NCBI GenBank assembly: GCA_002269645.1
Contig: NIVC01002619.1
Location: 7,580-71,579 of the forward strand
Length of the DNA: 64,000 nucleotides
Direction: 5' to 3'
Origin: Macrostomum lignano
Lineage: Eukaryota
Both the position numbers and the translations under genes were made by a program. Below are positions 37,801-48,545 of the stretch, in pieces (position 1 is the first letter of the stretch; each line of letters starts with the position of its first letter). Below the pieces are notes generated by a model. The model searched no databases. It had not been told where the DNA came from and saw only the letters and a program-made list of their open reading frames with translations.

Positions 37801-40688
37801 CAACTTTGAACCAACCCTGAACCAACTCTGAACAAACCCTGAACCAACTCTGAACCAACTCTGAACCAGCCCTGAACCAACCCTGAACCAACTCTGAACC
37901 AACCCTGAACCAATCCTGAACCAACCCTGAACCAACTCTTAATCAACTCTGAACCAACCCTGAACCAACTCTTAACCAACCCTGAACCAACCCTGAAACA
38001 GCCCTGAACCAACCCTGAACCAACTCTGAACCAACTTTGAACCAACCCTGAACCAACTCTGAACAAACCCTGAACCAACTCTGAACCAACCCTGAACCAA
38101 CTCTGAACCAACTCTGAACCAGCCCTGAACCAACCCTGAACCAACTCTGAACCAACCCTGAACCAATCCTGAACCAACCCTGAACCAACTCTGAACCAAC
38201 TCTGAACCAACCCTGAACCAATCCTGAACCAACCCTGAACCAACTCTGAACCAACTCTGAATTAACTCTGAATCAACCGTGAACCAACCATGAACCAACT
38301 CTGAATCAACCGTGAACCAACCCTAAACCAACCCTGAACCAACCCTGAACTAACCCTGAACCAACCCTGAATCAACTCTGAATCAACCCTGAATCAACTC
38401 TGAATCAACCGTGAACCAACACTGAGACAACCCTAAATCAACCCTGAACCAACTCTGAACCAACCCTGAATCAACTCTGAATCAACTCTGAATCAACCGT
38501 GAACCAACCCTAAACCAACCCTGAACAAACCCTGAACTAACCCTGAACCAACCCTGAATCAACTCTGAATCAACCCTGAATCAACTCTGAATCAACCGTG
38601 AACCAACACTGAGACAACCCTAAATCAACCCTGAACCAACTCTGAACCAACCCTGAATCAACTCTGAATCAACTCTGAATCAACCGTGAACCAACCCTAA
38701 ACCAACCCTGAACCAACCCTGAACTAACCCTGAACCAGCCCTGAACCAACCCTGAACCCACACCCGAAGGTGGGTCGCGCGGGCTCCGAGGAGCTGCTGG
38801 TGTGGGCTCGGTCTGCTGACTGCCCCCTTACAGACGAGTCGGCCATCTCTGCGGACGTGGCCACCGCCAACAGCATTCTGCACCTGGTGCACACCATCAA
38901 GACTCTCGAATCCGAGGAGCAACAGTTGAAACTGCGAATATCGGCCGGCCGAGACGAGTGCAAACGCCTGCTCAGAGACGGTCGCAAAGACAAAGCTCTT
39001 GTTGTTATGCGACGGACCAAAGCGACTGAGACTCTGCTGGACGAGCGGAAACAGCAGCTGATGAATCTGGACCGGATGCTCATACAGGTTCAGATGGCTA
39101 ACAGTAATAAGCAGGTGAGTAGCGGTGGCCTGAGTTTGCCCTCAAACGCCAAAATTTTCCTAACGGCTCAAAATCAGTTTTGATCCTCTAAGAATCACCT
39201 CTGACCCCCAAGAATTGCCTCTGATCCCCATCCCCAATAATACTCTTTGGTCCTCCAAGAATCGCCTCTGATCCCCATCCCCAATAATCACCTTTGATCC
39301 TCCAAGAATCGCCTCTGACCCTCATCCCCAATAATCACCTTTGATCCACCAAGAATCGCCTCTAACCCTCATACCCAATAATCACCTTTGATCCACCAAG
39401 AATCGCCTCTGACCCTCATACCCAATAATCACCTTTGATCCACCAAGAATCGCCTCTGACCCTCATCCCCAATAATCACCTTTGATCCACCAAGAATCGC
39501 CTCTGACCCTCATCCCCAATAATCACCTTTGATCCACCAAGAATCGCCTCTGACCCTCATCCCCAATAATCACCTTTGATCCTCCAAGAATCACCTCTGA
39601 CCCCCAAGAATTGCCTCTGACCCCCAAGAATCGCCTCTGATCCCCATCCCCAATAATACTCTTTGGTCCTCCAAGAATCGCCTCTGACCCTCATCCCCAA
39701 TAATCACCTTTGATCCTCCAAGAATCGCCTCTGACCCCCATCCCCAATAATCACCTTTGATCCACCAAGAATCGCCTCTGACCCTCATCCCCAATAATCA
39801 CCTTTGATCCACCAAGAATCGCCTCTGACCCAATAAAAGAATCGCCTCTAACCCAATAAAAGAATCGTTTCTGACCCAATAAAAGAATCGCCTGTGATCC
39901 CAATAAAAGAATCGCCTCTGACCCCAATAAAGAATCGCCTCTGATCCCAATAAAAGAATCGCCTCTGACCCCAATAAAGAATCGCCTCTGATCCCAATAA
40001 AAGAATCGCCTCTGATCCCAATAAAAGAATCGCCTCTGACCCCATAAAAGAATCGCCTCTGACCCTAATAAAAGAATCGCCTCTGACCCAATAAAAGAAT
40101 CGCCTCTGACCCAATAAAAGAATCGCCTCTGACCCAATAAAAGAATCGCCTCTGACCCAATAAAAGAATCGCCTCTGACCCAATAAAAGAATCGCCTCTG
40201 ACTTCAAAATAAGAATCGCCTCTGACCCAATAAAAGAATCGCCTCTGACCCCCATGTAAAATTACCCTGCCCCGCAGGTGCTGGACGCATTCAAGGTCAC
40301 CAGAGACTGGTTCAAAACCTCGCAAGCAGCCGAGGCCGACTCTCACGAGGCCGCTCACGAAGCTCTGGGCGAAATTCGCGACGTCCTCGACGAGCAGCGC
40401 GAATTGGCCGACGCCCTCGCCTACTCGCCTGGCGCTGAAGGCCTGGACGATAGCGAGCTGGAGTCCGAGCTGGACAAGCTGCTTTTAGAAGAAGCGGAAC
40501 AGCCAGACTCTGCAGCCGGCAATTCTACTAAGCGGAAGAAGCCGGCAGCGGCCGACGCCGAATTGGATGCCAAATTTTCTGAACTCGACGTTGATAGCCT
40601 GCAGCTGCCCGACGTGTCCGACCTGCCGCTGCCGCACAGCCCCAACGTGTCTCTTGACGAGTTGAAGAAGCGACTGCAGGCGCTTTGA
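34889..40688 (+). CDS. CHMP7: Charged multivesicular body protein 7 (ESCRT-II-like winged-helix N-terminus plus Snf7 domain), 5 exons, 509 aa
   Basis: Exons: 34889-35283, 36423-36639, 37077-37238, 38770-39114, 40278-40688. Phases are consistent, 1530 nt. N-terminus LPPEWSDDE..YPLFHAFKRPRAVDPDSFDRKMKFWSRL matches the CHMP7 start. The Snf7-like helical region reads CKRLLRDGRKDKALVVMRR..NLDRMLIQVQMANSNKQVLDAFK, followed by an acidic tail ending LDELKKRLQAL. Confidence 0.9.
35318..36398. repeat. 24-bp minisatellite GACTGACTCACCTGACACCCGGAT (CHMP7 intron 1)
   Basis: About 44 copies. Confidence 0.97.
36700..37010. repeat. Degenerate 22-bp repeat CTACTGACATATTAGTGACATT (CHMP7 intron 2)
   Basis: About 13 degenerate copies. 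Confidence 0.8.
37408..38758. repeat. 11-bp minisatellite AACYCTGAACC (CHMP7 intron 3)
   Basis: About 120 copies, running to about 10 nt before the acceptor. Confidence 0.97.
39183..40252. repeat. Two-part minisatellite with core AAGAATCGCCTCTGACCC (43-bp then 21-22-bp units; CHMP7 intron 4)
   Basis: Unit length switches near 39830. Confidence 0.95.
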
Positions 40689-40789
40689 GCTGCCGTGTTG
40701 GGTTTGATTGAGTGTTCAGCACTCACTCACTTCTGGCTTGGCTTTTGCGTCTGCTGCACTGCCTCTGCTTACTGACTGCTTCCTTCTTG

Positions 40790-41290
40790 ATCTCTCCCTC
40801 TCTTCCACTCCCCTCCCCGCTCTCCTCTCTCCCTCTCCCCTTTCTTCCTCTCCCTCTCTTCCACTCCCTCCCCCCTCTCCTCTCTCCCTCTCCCCTTTCT
40901 TCCTCTCCTTCTCTTCCACTCCCCTCCCCCTCTCCTCTCTCCCTCTCCCCTTTCTTCCTCTCCCTCTCTTCCACTCCCCTCCCCCCTCTCCTCTCCCTCT
41001 CTCCCACTCCCGCTCTCTCTCCCACTCCCTCCCTCCCGCACTCTCCCTCTCTTCCAGTCCTCTCTCCCTATCTCCCACCCTCCCCCACTCTCCCTCTCCC
41101 TCTCTCCCACCCTCCCCCACTCTCCCTCTCCCTCTCTCCCACCCTCCCCCACTCTCCCTCTCCCTCTCTCCCACCCTCTCTCCCACTCCCCCTCTTCCTC
41201 TCCCTCTCTACTCTTCTCTCCCTCTTTTCCTCTCTCCCCTTCTCCCTCTTTTTCGCCCTCTCCCTCTCTCACTCCCTCCACTCTCCAGCT
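40790..41290. repeat. CT-rich low-complexity tract
   Basis: C/T only; spurious ORFs on both strands. Confidence 0.9.
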
Positions 41291-41819
41291 CTCTGTTAGC
41301 AGTCTGCTTGGTTGTCCTGAGTCCCTCTGTTAATTTTCCTCTTTACATTTCTCATTGCTCTGTAAGCAGGCGTTAACTTTGTAGAGCGTTCACCATCGAT
41401 AATGAATAGTCGTGGATACATCAGTGAATAAACTGATTCACAAATTTCATGTTCATGCTTGATGGATCCAGCACTCCATTCTAAACTAATAATAAACTGG
41501 CCCGGATCGTTTAATCCAGAAAAATGTTTCTAATTTTGTTCCTGTTCCACTGTGTATGCACATCTACAGTCGCAATGGTTATTTTTTATAAAAACTTAAT
41601 TAAATACTCCTACTTTAAGTAGTCTAGAAAAATGCGCGTAAATTATTTTTTTAGTTTTCAAACCTAACAGTGACTAAGTATAACAAATAAAATATTCAGT
41701 CAGTTGGTCAACTGCGCACTATTAATTTTTTAAGCAGAAGCCAACTAAAAATGTACAAAACTGAAATTTCACTACTGACTTCCATCACTACTGAAATCAC
41801 TGCAGCCGCCTTGCTGGAC

Positions 41820-43672
41820 AAGCCAATTCAATTAGGGGATTCATTAGCCAATTTAATTAGGGGATTCATTAGCCAATTTAATTAGGGGATTCATTAGCCG
41901 ATTCAATTAGGGGATTCATTAGCCAATTCAATTAGGAGATTCATTAGCCAATTCAATTAGGAGATTCATTAGCCAATTCAATTAGGAGATTCATTAGCCA
42001 ATTCAATTAGGAAATTCATTAGCCAATTTAATTAGGGGATTTATTAGCCAATTTAATTAGGAGATTCATTAGCCAATTCAATTAGGAGATTCATTAGCCA
42101 ATTCAATTAGGAGATTCATTTGCCAATTCAATTAGGAGATTCATTAGCCAATTTAATTAGGGGATTTATTAGCCAATTTAATTAGGGGATTCATTAGCCA
42201 ATTCAATTAGGGGATTCATTAGCCAATTCAATCAGGTGATTTATTAGCCAATTAAATTAGGGGATTCATTAGCCAATTCAATTAGGTGATTCATTAGCCA
42301 ATTCAATTAGGGGATTTATTAGCCAATTAAATTAGGGGATTCATTAGCCAATTCAATTAGGGGATTCATTAGCCAATTCAATTAGGTGATTTATTAGCCA
42401 ATTCAATTAGGAGATTCATTAGCCAATTCAATTAGGTGATTTATTAGCCAATTCAATTAGGGGATTCATTAGCGAATTCAATTAGGGGATTTATTAGCCA
42501 ATTAAATTAGGGGATTCATTAGCCAATTAAATTAGGGGATTCATTAGCCAATTAAATTAGGGGATTCATTAGCCAATTCAATTAGGGGATTCATTAGCCA
42601 ATTCAATTAGGAGATTCATTAGCCAATTCAATTAGGTGATTTATTAGCCAATTCAATTAGGGGATTCATTAGCCAATTCAATTAGGGGATTCATTAGCCA
42701 ATTCAATTAGTATATTCATTAGCCAATTAAATTAGGGGATTCATTAGCCAATTCAATTAGTATATTCATTAGCCAATTCAATTAGTATATTCATTAGCCA
42801 ATTCAATTAGTATATTCATTAGCCAATTCAATTAGGATATTCATTAGCCAATTCAATTAGTATATTCATTAGCCAATTCAATTAGGATATTCATTAGCCA
42901 ATTCAATTAGGGGATTCATTAGCCAATTCAATTAGGGGATTCATTAGCCAATTCAAATGGGGGTTCATTAGCCAATTCAATTAGGGGATTCATTAGCCAA
43001 TTCAATTAGGGGATTCATTAGCCAATTCAATTAGTATATTCATTAGCCAATTCAATTAGGGGATTCATTAGCCAATTCAATTAGTATATTCATTAGCCAA
43101 TTCAATTAGTATATTCATTAGCCAATTCAATTAGTATATTCATTAGCCAATTCAATTAGTATATTCATTAGCCAATTCAATTAGTATATTCATTAGCCAA
43201 TTCAATTAGTATATTCATTAGCCAATTCAATTAGGGGATTCATTAGCCAATTCAATTAGGATATTCATTAGCCAATTCAATTAGGATATTCATTAGCCAA
43301 TTTAATTAGTATATTCATTAGCCAATTCAATTAGTATATTCATTAGCCAATTCAATTAGGATATTCATTAGCCAATTCAATTAGGATATTCATTAGCCAA
43401 TTCAATTAGTATATTCATTAGCCAATTCAATTAGGGGATTCATTAGCCAATTCAATTAGGATATTCATTAGCCAATTCAATTAGTATATTCATTAGCCAA
43501 TTCAATTAGGGGATTCATTAGCCAATTCAATTAGGATATTCATTAGCCAATTCAATTAGGGGATTCATTAGCCAATTCAATTAGGATATTCATTAGCCAA
43601 TTCAATTAGTATATTCATTAGCCAATTCAATTAGGGGATTCATTAGCCAATTCAATTAGGATATTCATTAGT
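41820..43672. repeat. 25-bp minisatellite GGGGATTCATTAGCCAATTCAATTA
   Basis: About 74 copies. Confidence 0.98.
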
Positions 43673-43981
43673 CACTCTACATGTAAATATGAAGTTAGGC
43701 ACAAGCGACCATTCTTTGGTGGGGTTATGCGATTCAGATATAATCAGGAATATCCTTGTGTTCGCCATTGTGTGTCTAAAATAACGGCAAGAGACATATT
43801 GCTGGTCTATTTTAACGGCTCGTATTCACTTGAAAGTTACGAAAAGGACGTTGGTTGGTTCAAAACTTACCTGAATCTACGTATTCTAGGAATTATAATT
43901 AAAGCCAGAATGAAGCTGTGTCAGCTGCAGAACCTAAAATTCTAGTTCCGGCTGTTACAACAACGCAACCAACAACGCGCA

Positions 43982-45907
43982 ATGACTTGTTCTCCATGTC
44001 ATGTCAATGGCGATGAGTATTGCACATTGATGCTTACCAGCAACGGAAGTATAGGGTTGGATCCTGGTGAAGCTATACTATTTTTGTCAAATATTGTTAC
44101 GGATAATATTCTCATATCATTTGGACCTACTCCCGTGCGAACCTCCTTCCTTCAACATTCTTGTTTCAGTGAGTTCTCAGCCGATCTATGGTGAGATTGA
44201 AAATATTCTAGTTTCACCTCCACCACAACCTCACCTCCACCTAAACCACAACCTCGACCACAACCTCAGCCTCAACCACCAACTGCACAACCACATTGGC
44301 AAGCATATCCAAAGCGTAACGTCTGTAAAGGTTTCTGCAACTGCTTCAAAAGCAGAAATTGCGCCTGGTCTTTGGTTGCATTTCTTCTTCATTTGCTGTT
44401 GGCCTGTTGTCTGACATTGACCGTAGTGCTTTTTGGCCCGCTGCGGCTGTTAAAGGATAATGGACTGGTGAGCTGACACTGAAAATGGTAAAAGAAAGGT
44501 ATTTTAGGCGAAAGAAAATATATTTTCAGCTAAAAATTCTGCAAATTCTAGATAATAAATTCTGAGATTCTTGGCAGAAAATTCTGTAGATTCTGGGCAG
44601 AAAATTCGGCAGCTTCTAGGCAGAAAATTTGGCAGCTTCTGGGCAGAAAATTCTGTAGATTCTGGGCAGAAAATTTGGCAGATTCTATGCAGAAAATTCG
44701 GCAGATTCTGGGCAGAAAATTTGGCAGCTTCTGGGCAGAAAATTCGGCAGATTCTGGGCAGAAGTACTGCAGATTCTGGGCAGAAAATTTGGCAGATTCT
44801 GGGCAGAAAATTTGGCAGATTCTATGCAGAAAATTCGGCAGATTCTGGGCAGAAAATTTGGCAGATTCTGGGCAGAAGTACTGCAGATTCTGGGCAGAAA
44901 ATTTGGCAGATTCTGGGCAGAAAATTCGGCAGCTTCTAGGCAGAAAATTTGGCAGCTTCTGGGCAGAAGTACTGCAGATTCTGGGCAGAAAATTCGGCAG
45001 ATTCTGGGCAGAAAATTCGGCAGATTCTGGGCAGAAAATTCGGCAGATTCTGGGCAGAAAATTCGGCAGCTTCTGGGCAGAAAATTTGTCAGATTCTGGG
45101 CAGAAAATTCTGTAGATTCTGGGCAGAAGTACTGCAGATTCTGGGCAGAAAATTTGGCAGATTCTGGGCAGAAGTACTGCAGATTCTGGGCAGAAAATTT
45201 GGCAGATTCTGGGCAGAAGTACTGCAGATTCTGGGCAGAAAATTTGGCAGATTCTGGGCAGAAAATTCGGCAGCTTCTGGGCAGAAAATTTGGCAGATTC
45301 TGGGCAGAAAATTTGGCAGATTCTGGGCAGAAAATTCGGCAGATTCTGGGCAGAAAATTCGGCAGATTCTGGGCAGAAAATTCGGCAGATTCTGGGCAGA
45401 AAATTCGGCAGATTCTGGGCAGAAAATTCGGCAGATTCTGGGCAGAAAATCGGCAGCTTCTGGGCAGAAAATTCTGTAGATTCTGGGCAGAAAATTTGGC
45501 AGATTCTGGGCAGAAAATTCGGCAGATTCTGGGCAGAAGTACTGCAGATTCTGGAAAGAAAATTCGGCAGATTCTTGGTATAAAATTTAAGTAGTTTCAA
45601 AGCAGAAACTTCGGCAGATTCATTGCAATGAGGGGGATAGACTTGGGATTGAGAATTGAAAATTCAGGAAAGAGAGGAAGAAAGATTCATGGGGGAGGGG
45701 CAAAAATGAAGGTAATTATGGACAGACATAGCAGACCAACGCTAATTATGTGCTGTTCCTGATTCATCAGCTAATTACCTACGTGCCTACGTGTATTCAG
45801 TAACTATAGAAAACTCCTCCCACACCAACATGGCACAGGTACGAGTATCACAAGAGTGGATCAACTTGTCGTCGAAATTCGAGTCTACAACCCCATGGTT
45901 CGTGACT
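43982..45907 (+). pseudogene. Truncated pseudogenic duplicate (copy A) of the TNF-like ligand gene at 48546-51086; only exons 1-3 retained
   Basis: Exon-like blocks 43982-44066, 44170-44467 and 45810-45907 are clearly paralogous to copy B exons 1-3 (the TM-coding stretch is nearly identical). Lesions: -1 frameshift near 44232, +1/-1 shifts in exon 3, and TGG>TGA in the PHGSW motif. Homology to B intron 3 continues to about 48045, then stops before the TNF-domain exons. Confidence 0.8.
44555..45625. repeat. 22-bp minisatellite GGCAGAAAATTYGGCAGATTCTG-type (intron 2 of copy A)
   Basis: About 48 copies; same family as 49315-49620. Confidence 0.95.
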
Positions 45908-46283
45908 GTAAGTTCATTTGCTAGACAAATGAAATGCTTACATGTACTCGAAATTAACGTCTATATTAGGATATTTTCTTGGCCTGAAGCCGAACTTCCA
46001 TATTTTCTGGCGTACATTTATTTATAGCCAGCTAGTTATTTTTGCGAGATGTTTTTTTTTGAAAGACGATTCTACGAGCGTAATTGTTGTAAACATGAAA
46101 CCGTGGCTCTCTGCCTGCGTACGCGATGTGGTTCCTAATTATTAATCTAGAATATACACATGCACATAAATCTATATTTAGTCATTTGTTTCATACTGTT
46201 TATAACACACTTACTTAATTAAAGTGCGAAGGTAGAGAGTGGAAGTAGAGGAAATTGAGGTAGAGGGCGGGGTAGAGGGGCGG

Positions 46284-47454
46284 TGTTAGGCTTTCTGTTC
46301 TCCGGGGTCTTAATTTATCCGGGGGACACTGCAAAGCAAAATTATTGTCGCTTTGCGATAACCTACCCTGGATAATCCAAGGCACAACAAAATCGGGCTT
46401 TGAAATATCCTGGGTCTTAAATTGTCCGGGGTGAATAAAGATTGGTGGTCAAGTTATTTACCTGATAAAGCGCATGTGAATGGGGCAGGACATCATTTCG
46501 AGAGAATGGGGCTGACTCAGAGGCCAGGGAAGGGCCCTGACTGCACCTTAGACAGGGGAGGGGCAGATGAGGTGCAGTCTAAGAATAAATCGATAATGGA
46601 CTGGCGTCACATTGCTAGCACTACAAGCGTACGTGCAATGAAGATGAGTGTACGAGCTAATAGCACACAAGGGAAAGTGTTGCGCAAATTACGAGTATAT
46701 TACACGTAACTTTTAAGATATACAGAGTTTATTTCTTGTCGAAGTTCTAAGTTCAGGAAAATTTATCTCTCGATGGCTAAAGTATCGCTGAACCAAGTGT
46801 TCTTTATGTTTTGAACGAGTATGTTGAGCTTCCGGAAAATTCCAGTACGAAAGAGAGAGATAATCTAAAAAGAAAAATGAGAGAAAAGAGCAAAAACTTC
46901 ACGCTTCATTCAGCGGATGGCCTGTTTTTGATTGATCGAATTACATGTATGAATAGATTGGTGAATCAAGTAACAGTTTTTCGGCTGACAATGTATAGTA
47001 TCAATAGCTTTAATTTTGCTTCTGTTTGGAGTGTGAAATGCAAGATAGTGATTGAAAATACACTCGGTTAAATAAGCATGACGCAGATGTTTGCCAATTG
47101 AAAAAGTAGCAAAAATGTTTTCTTACTTTGCCTTTCCTAACCCCGGATATCAGTAGCCGGATGTCCTAAAGCAAACCTCTGTCTCCGCAGACTGACCCCT
47201 CTCTTTCAACCTACAGTCGGATGTCCTACGACAACTTCCCCTTCTTGTGATCTCCGGGCCGGATAGCAGAGTCAGTGCCGTAGGATGTCCGGGAGAGACA
47301 TCTCAAAGTGCCCGGACAATGCAAAGCAGCTCAAGATATCCGGTTAGGAGAAAACAAAGCAGGCTTTTTGCTTGGCAGTATCCGGGCGGATATCGTAAGT
47401 GCGTTCGGATATCCGGGCCAGACAAAAAAACCCCGGAAAGTCTAAACTGTAACA
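46284..47454 (+). mobile_element. Non-autonomous Ginger-like (Gypsy-integrase-related) DNA transposon
   Basis: Termini TGTTA...TAACA, exact 4-bp TSD GCGG (46280-46283 and 47455-47458), and imperfect TIR sharing TCCGGGGT. It interrupts sequence that is continuous in paralog B. Internal frame 46811-47071 (YVELPENSSTKERDNLKRKMREKSKNFTL..DGLFLIDR..NRLV) resembles the GIN1/Ginger integrase N-terminus. Confidence 0.7.
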
Positions 47455-47714
47455 GCGGAGATAGAGAGGGTACATGCAGAGGGCGGGGGTAGAGGCGGAT
47501 ATAGAGGTTAGAGATGGAGGGCTGGAGGTAGCTTGTAGTAGGTGTGGGGCAGTGTACATCTGCCTCCATCTCTCCCTCTAATTTCCCCTCTCTGTCTCGC
47601 TCACTTGGTCCGGCGTTATAACTGCACCGTACAACAGCAAAAACAACAAAAGCAACAAAGACAACAACAAAAAACAACAAAAACAGCAACAACAACAGCA
47701 ACAACAGCAACTGG

Positions 47715-47952
47715 TTACGGTCGAGGCGCTGCAGCTCCGCTGTGTGGCCTCCCGGGTCACAGGCGTCATGAACCGCGTGCTCGTCGGCGCTCCTGCGCCC
47801 ACCACCGAGTGGACCGTCGCGCACATCGTGCCGATCCCGAAGAAGGCATTGACAACGCGGAAAGAAGACCACCGCGGGATCTCGCTGATGTCCTGCACCC
47901 CGAAGCTCTTCAACCGGCTTCTGCTCGATCGTCTGCAGTCGGTGCTGGACCG
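47715..47952 (+). mobile_element. Non-LTR retrotransposon (RTE-like) reverse transcriptase fragment
   Basis: EWTVAHIVPIPKK..DHRGISLMSCTPKLFNRLLLDRL is the typical RT domain 0/1 motif. GC-rich, truncated on both sides, and preceded by an (AAC)n-rich tract at 47630-47712. Confidence 0.85.
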
Positions 47953-48074
47953 GAGATAGAGGGGTTAAAAGTGTAAGGGCCGAGGTAGACATAATGAAGG
48001 TATAAAACCGAGAAGTCTAATTGCACTCTGTAAAACATGAAGCGTGGCACACACCCTCAATTACCCCAGCTAAT

Positions 48075-48226
48075 GCTGGCACCCATTTTACAGCTGGGTG
48101 AACTGAAGCAATGCAAGAGTTAAGTGTCTTGCTCAAGAATACAAGTTGTTCTAGTGCGATCGGAAATCGAACCCCCAACCATCAAGTCGTGAGTCCGATG
48201 CTCTCACCACTAGGCTACAAACCCTC
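48075..48226 (-). mobile_element. tRNA-derived CORE-SINE-like element
   Basis: The minus strand has an A box (TAGCCTAGTGG) and a B box (GGTTCGATTTCC). Adjacent plus-strand cccattttacagctgggtgaactgaagc..ttaagtgtcttgctcaag resembles the MIR/CORE domain. Confidence 0.7.
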
Positions 48227-48545
48227 ACTCAAAATGAGATCACGCAAGTGTAACTAATGATTTTATATTATCATACTCGAAATTCTATTAATTCTTTTTG
48301 AAATTGAAACCACCTGGTGCCTAAAATAGCGGCTAGAAAGCCTATTTTTATTCCATTTTTATCTGTAGAAGTTTAAGAAAAGAATGTCACTCTGGAAAGT
48401 TACTTGGATAAGCTACCTGAGCCAATTAAATTTATTTATTCTATGAAATATAACTGGAGCCAGAATTAACTGCGCTTACAAAGCTAATGCTAAGCTGCCG
48501 GACTAATAGGAACACCTGGACTCTACTTCTGCTGTTTCACTCGCA

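Noticed and set aside
35191-38298. 384-aa SGESVIRV/SQSSGCQ ORFs and VQGWFRVGS ORFs
   Set aside because: Antisense translations of CHMP7 intronic satellites.
44548-45600. 350-aa and 260-aa ORFs
   Set aside because: 22-bp satellite translations.
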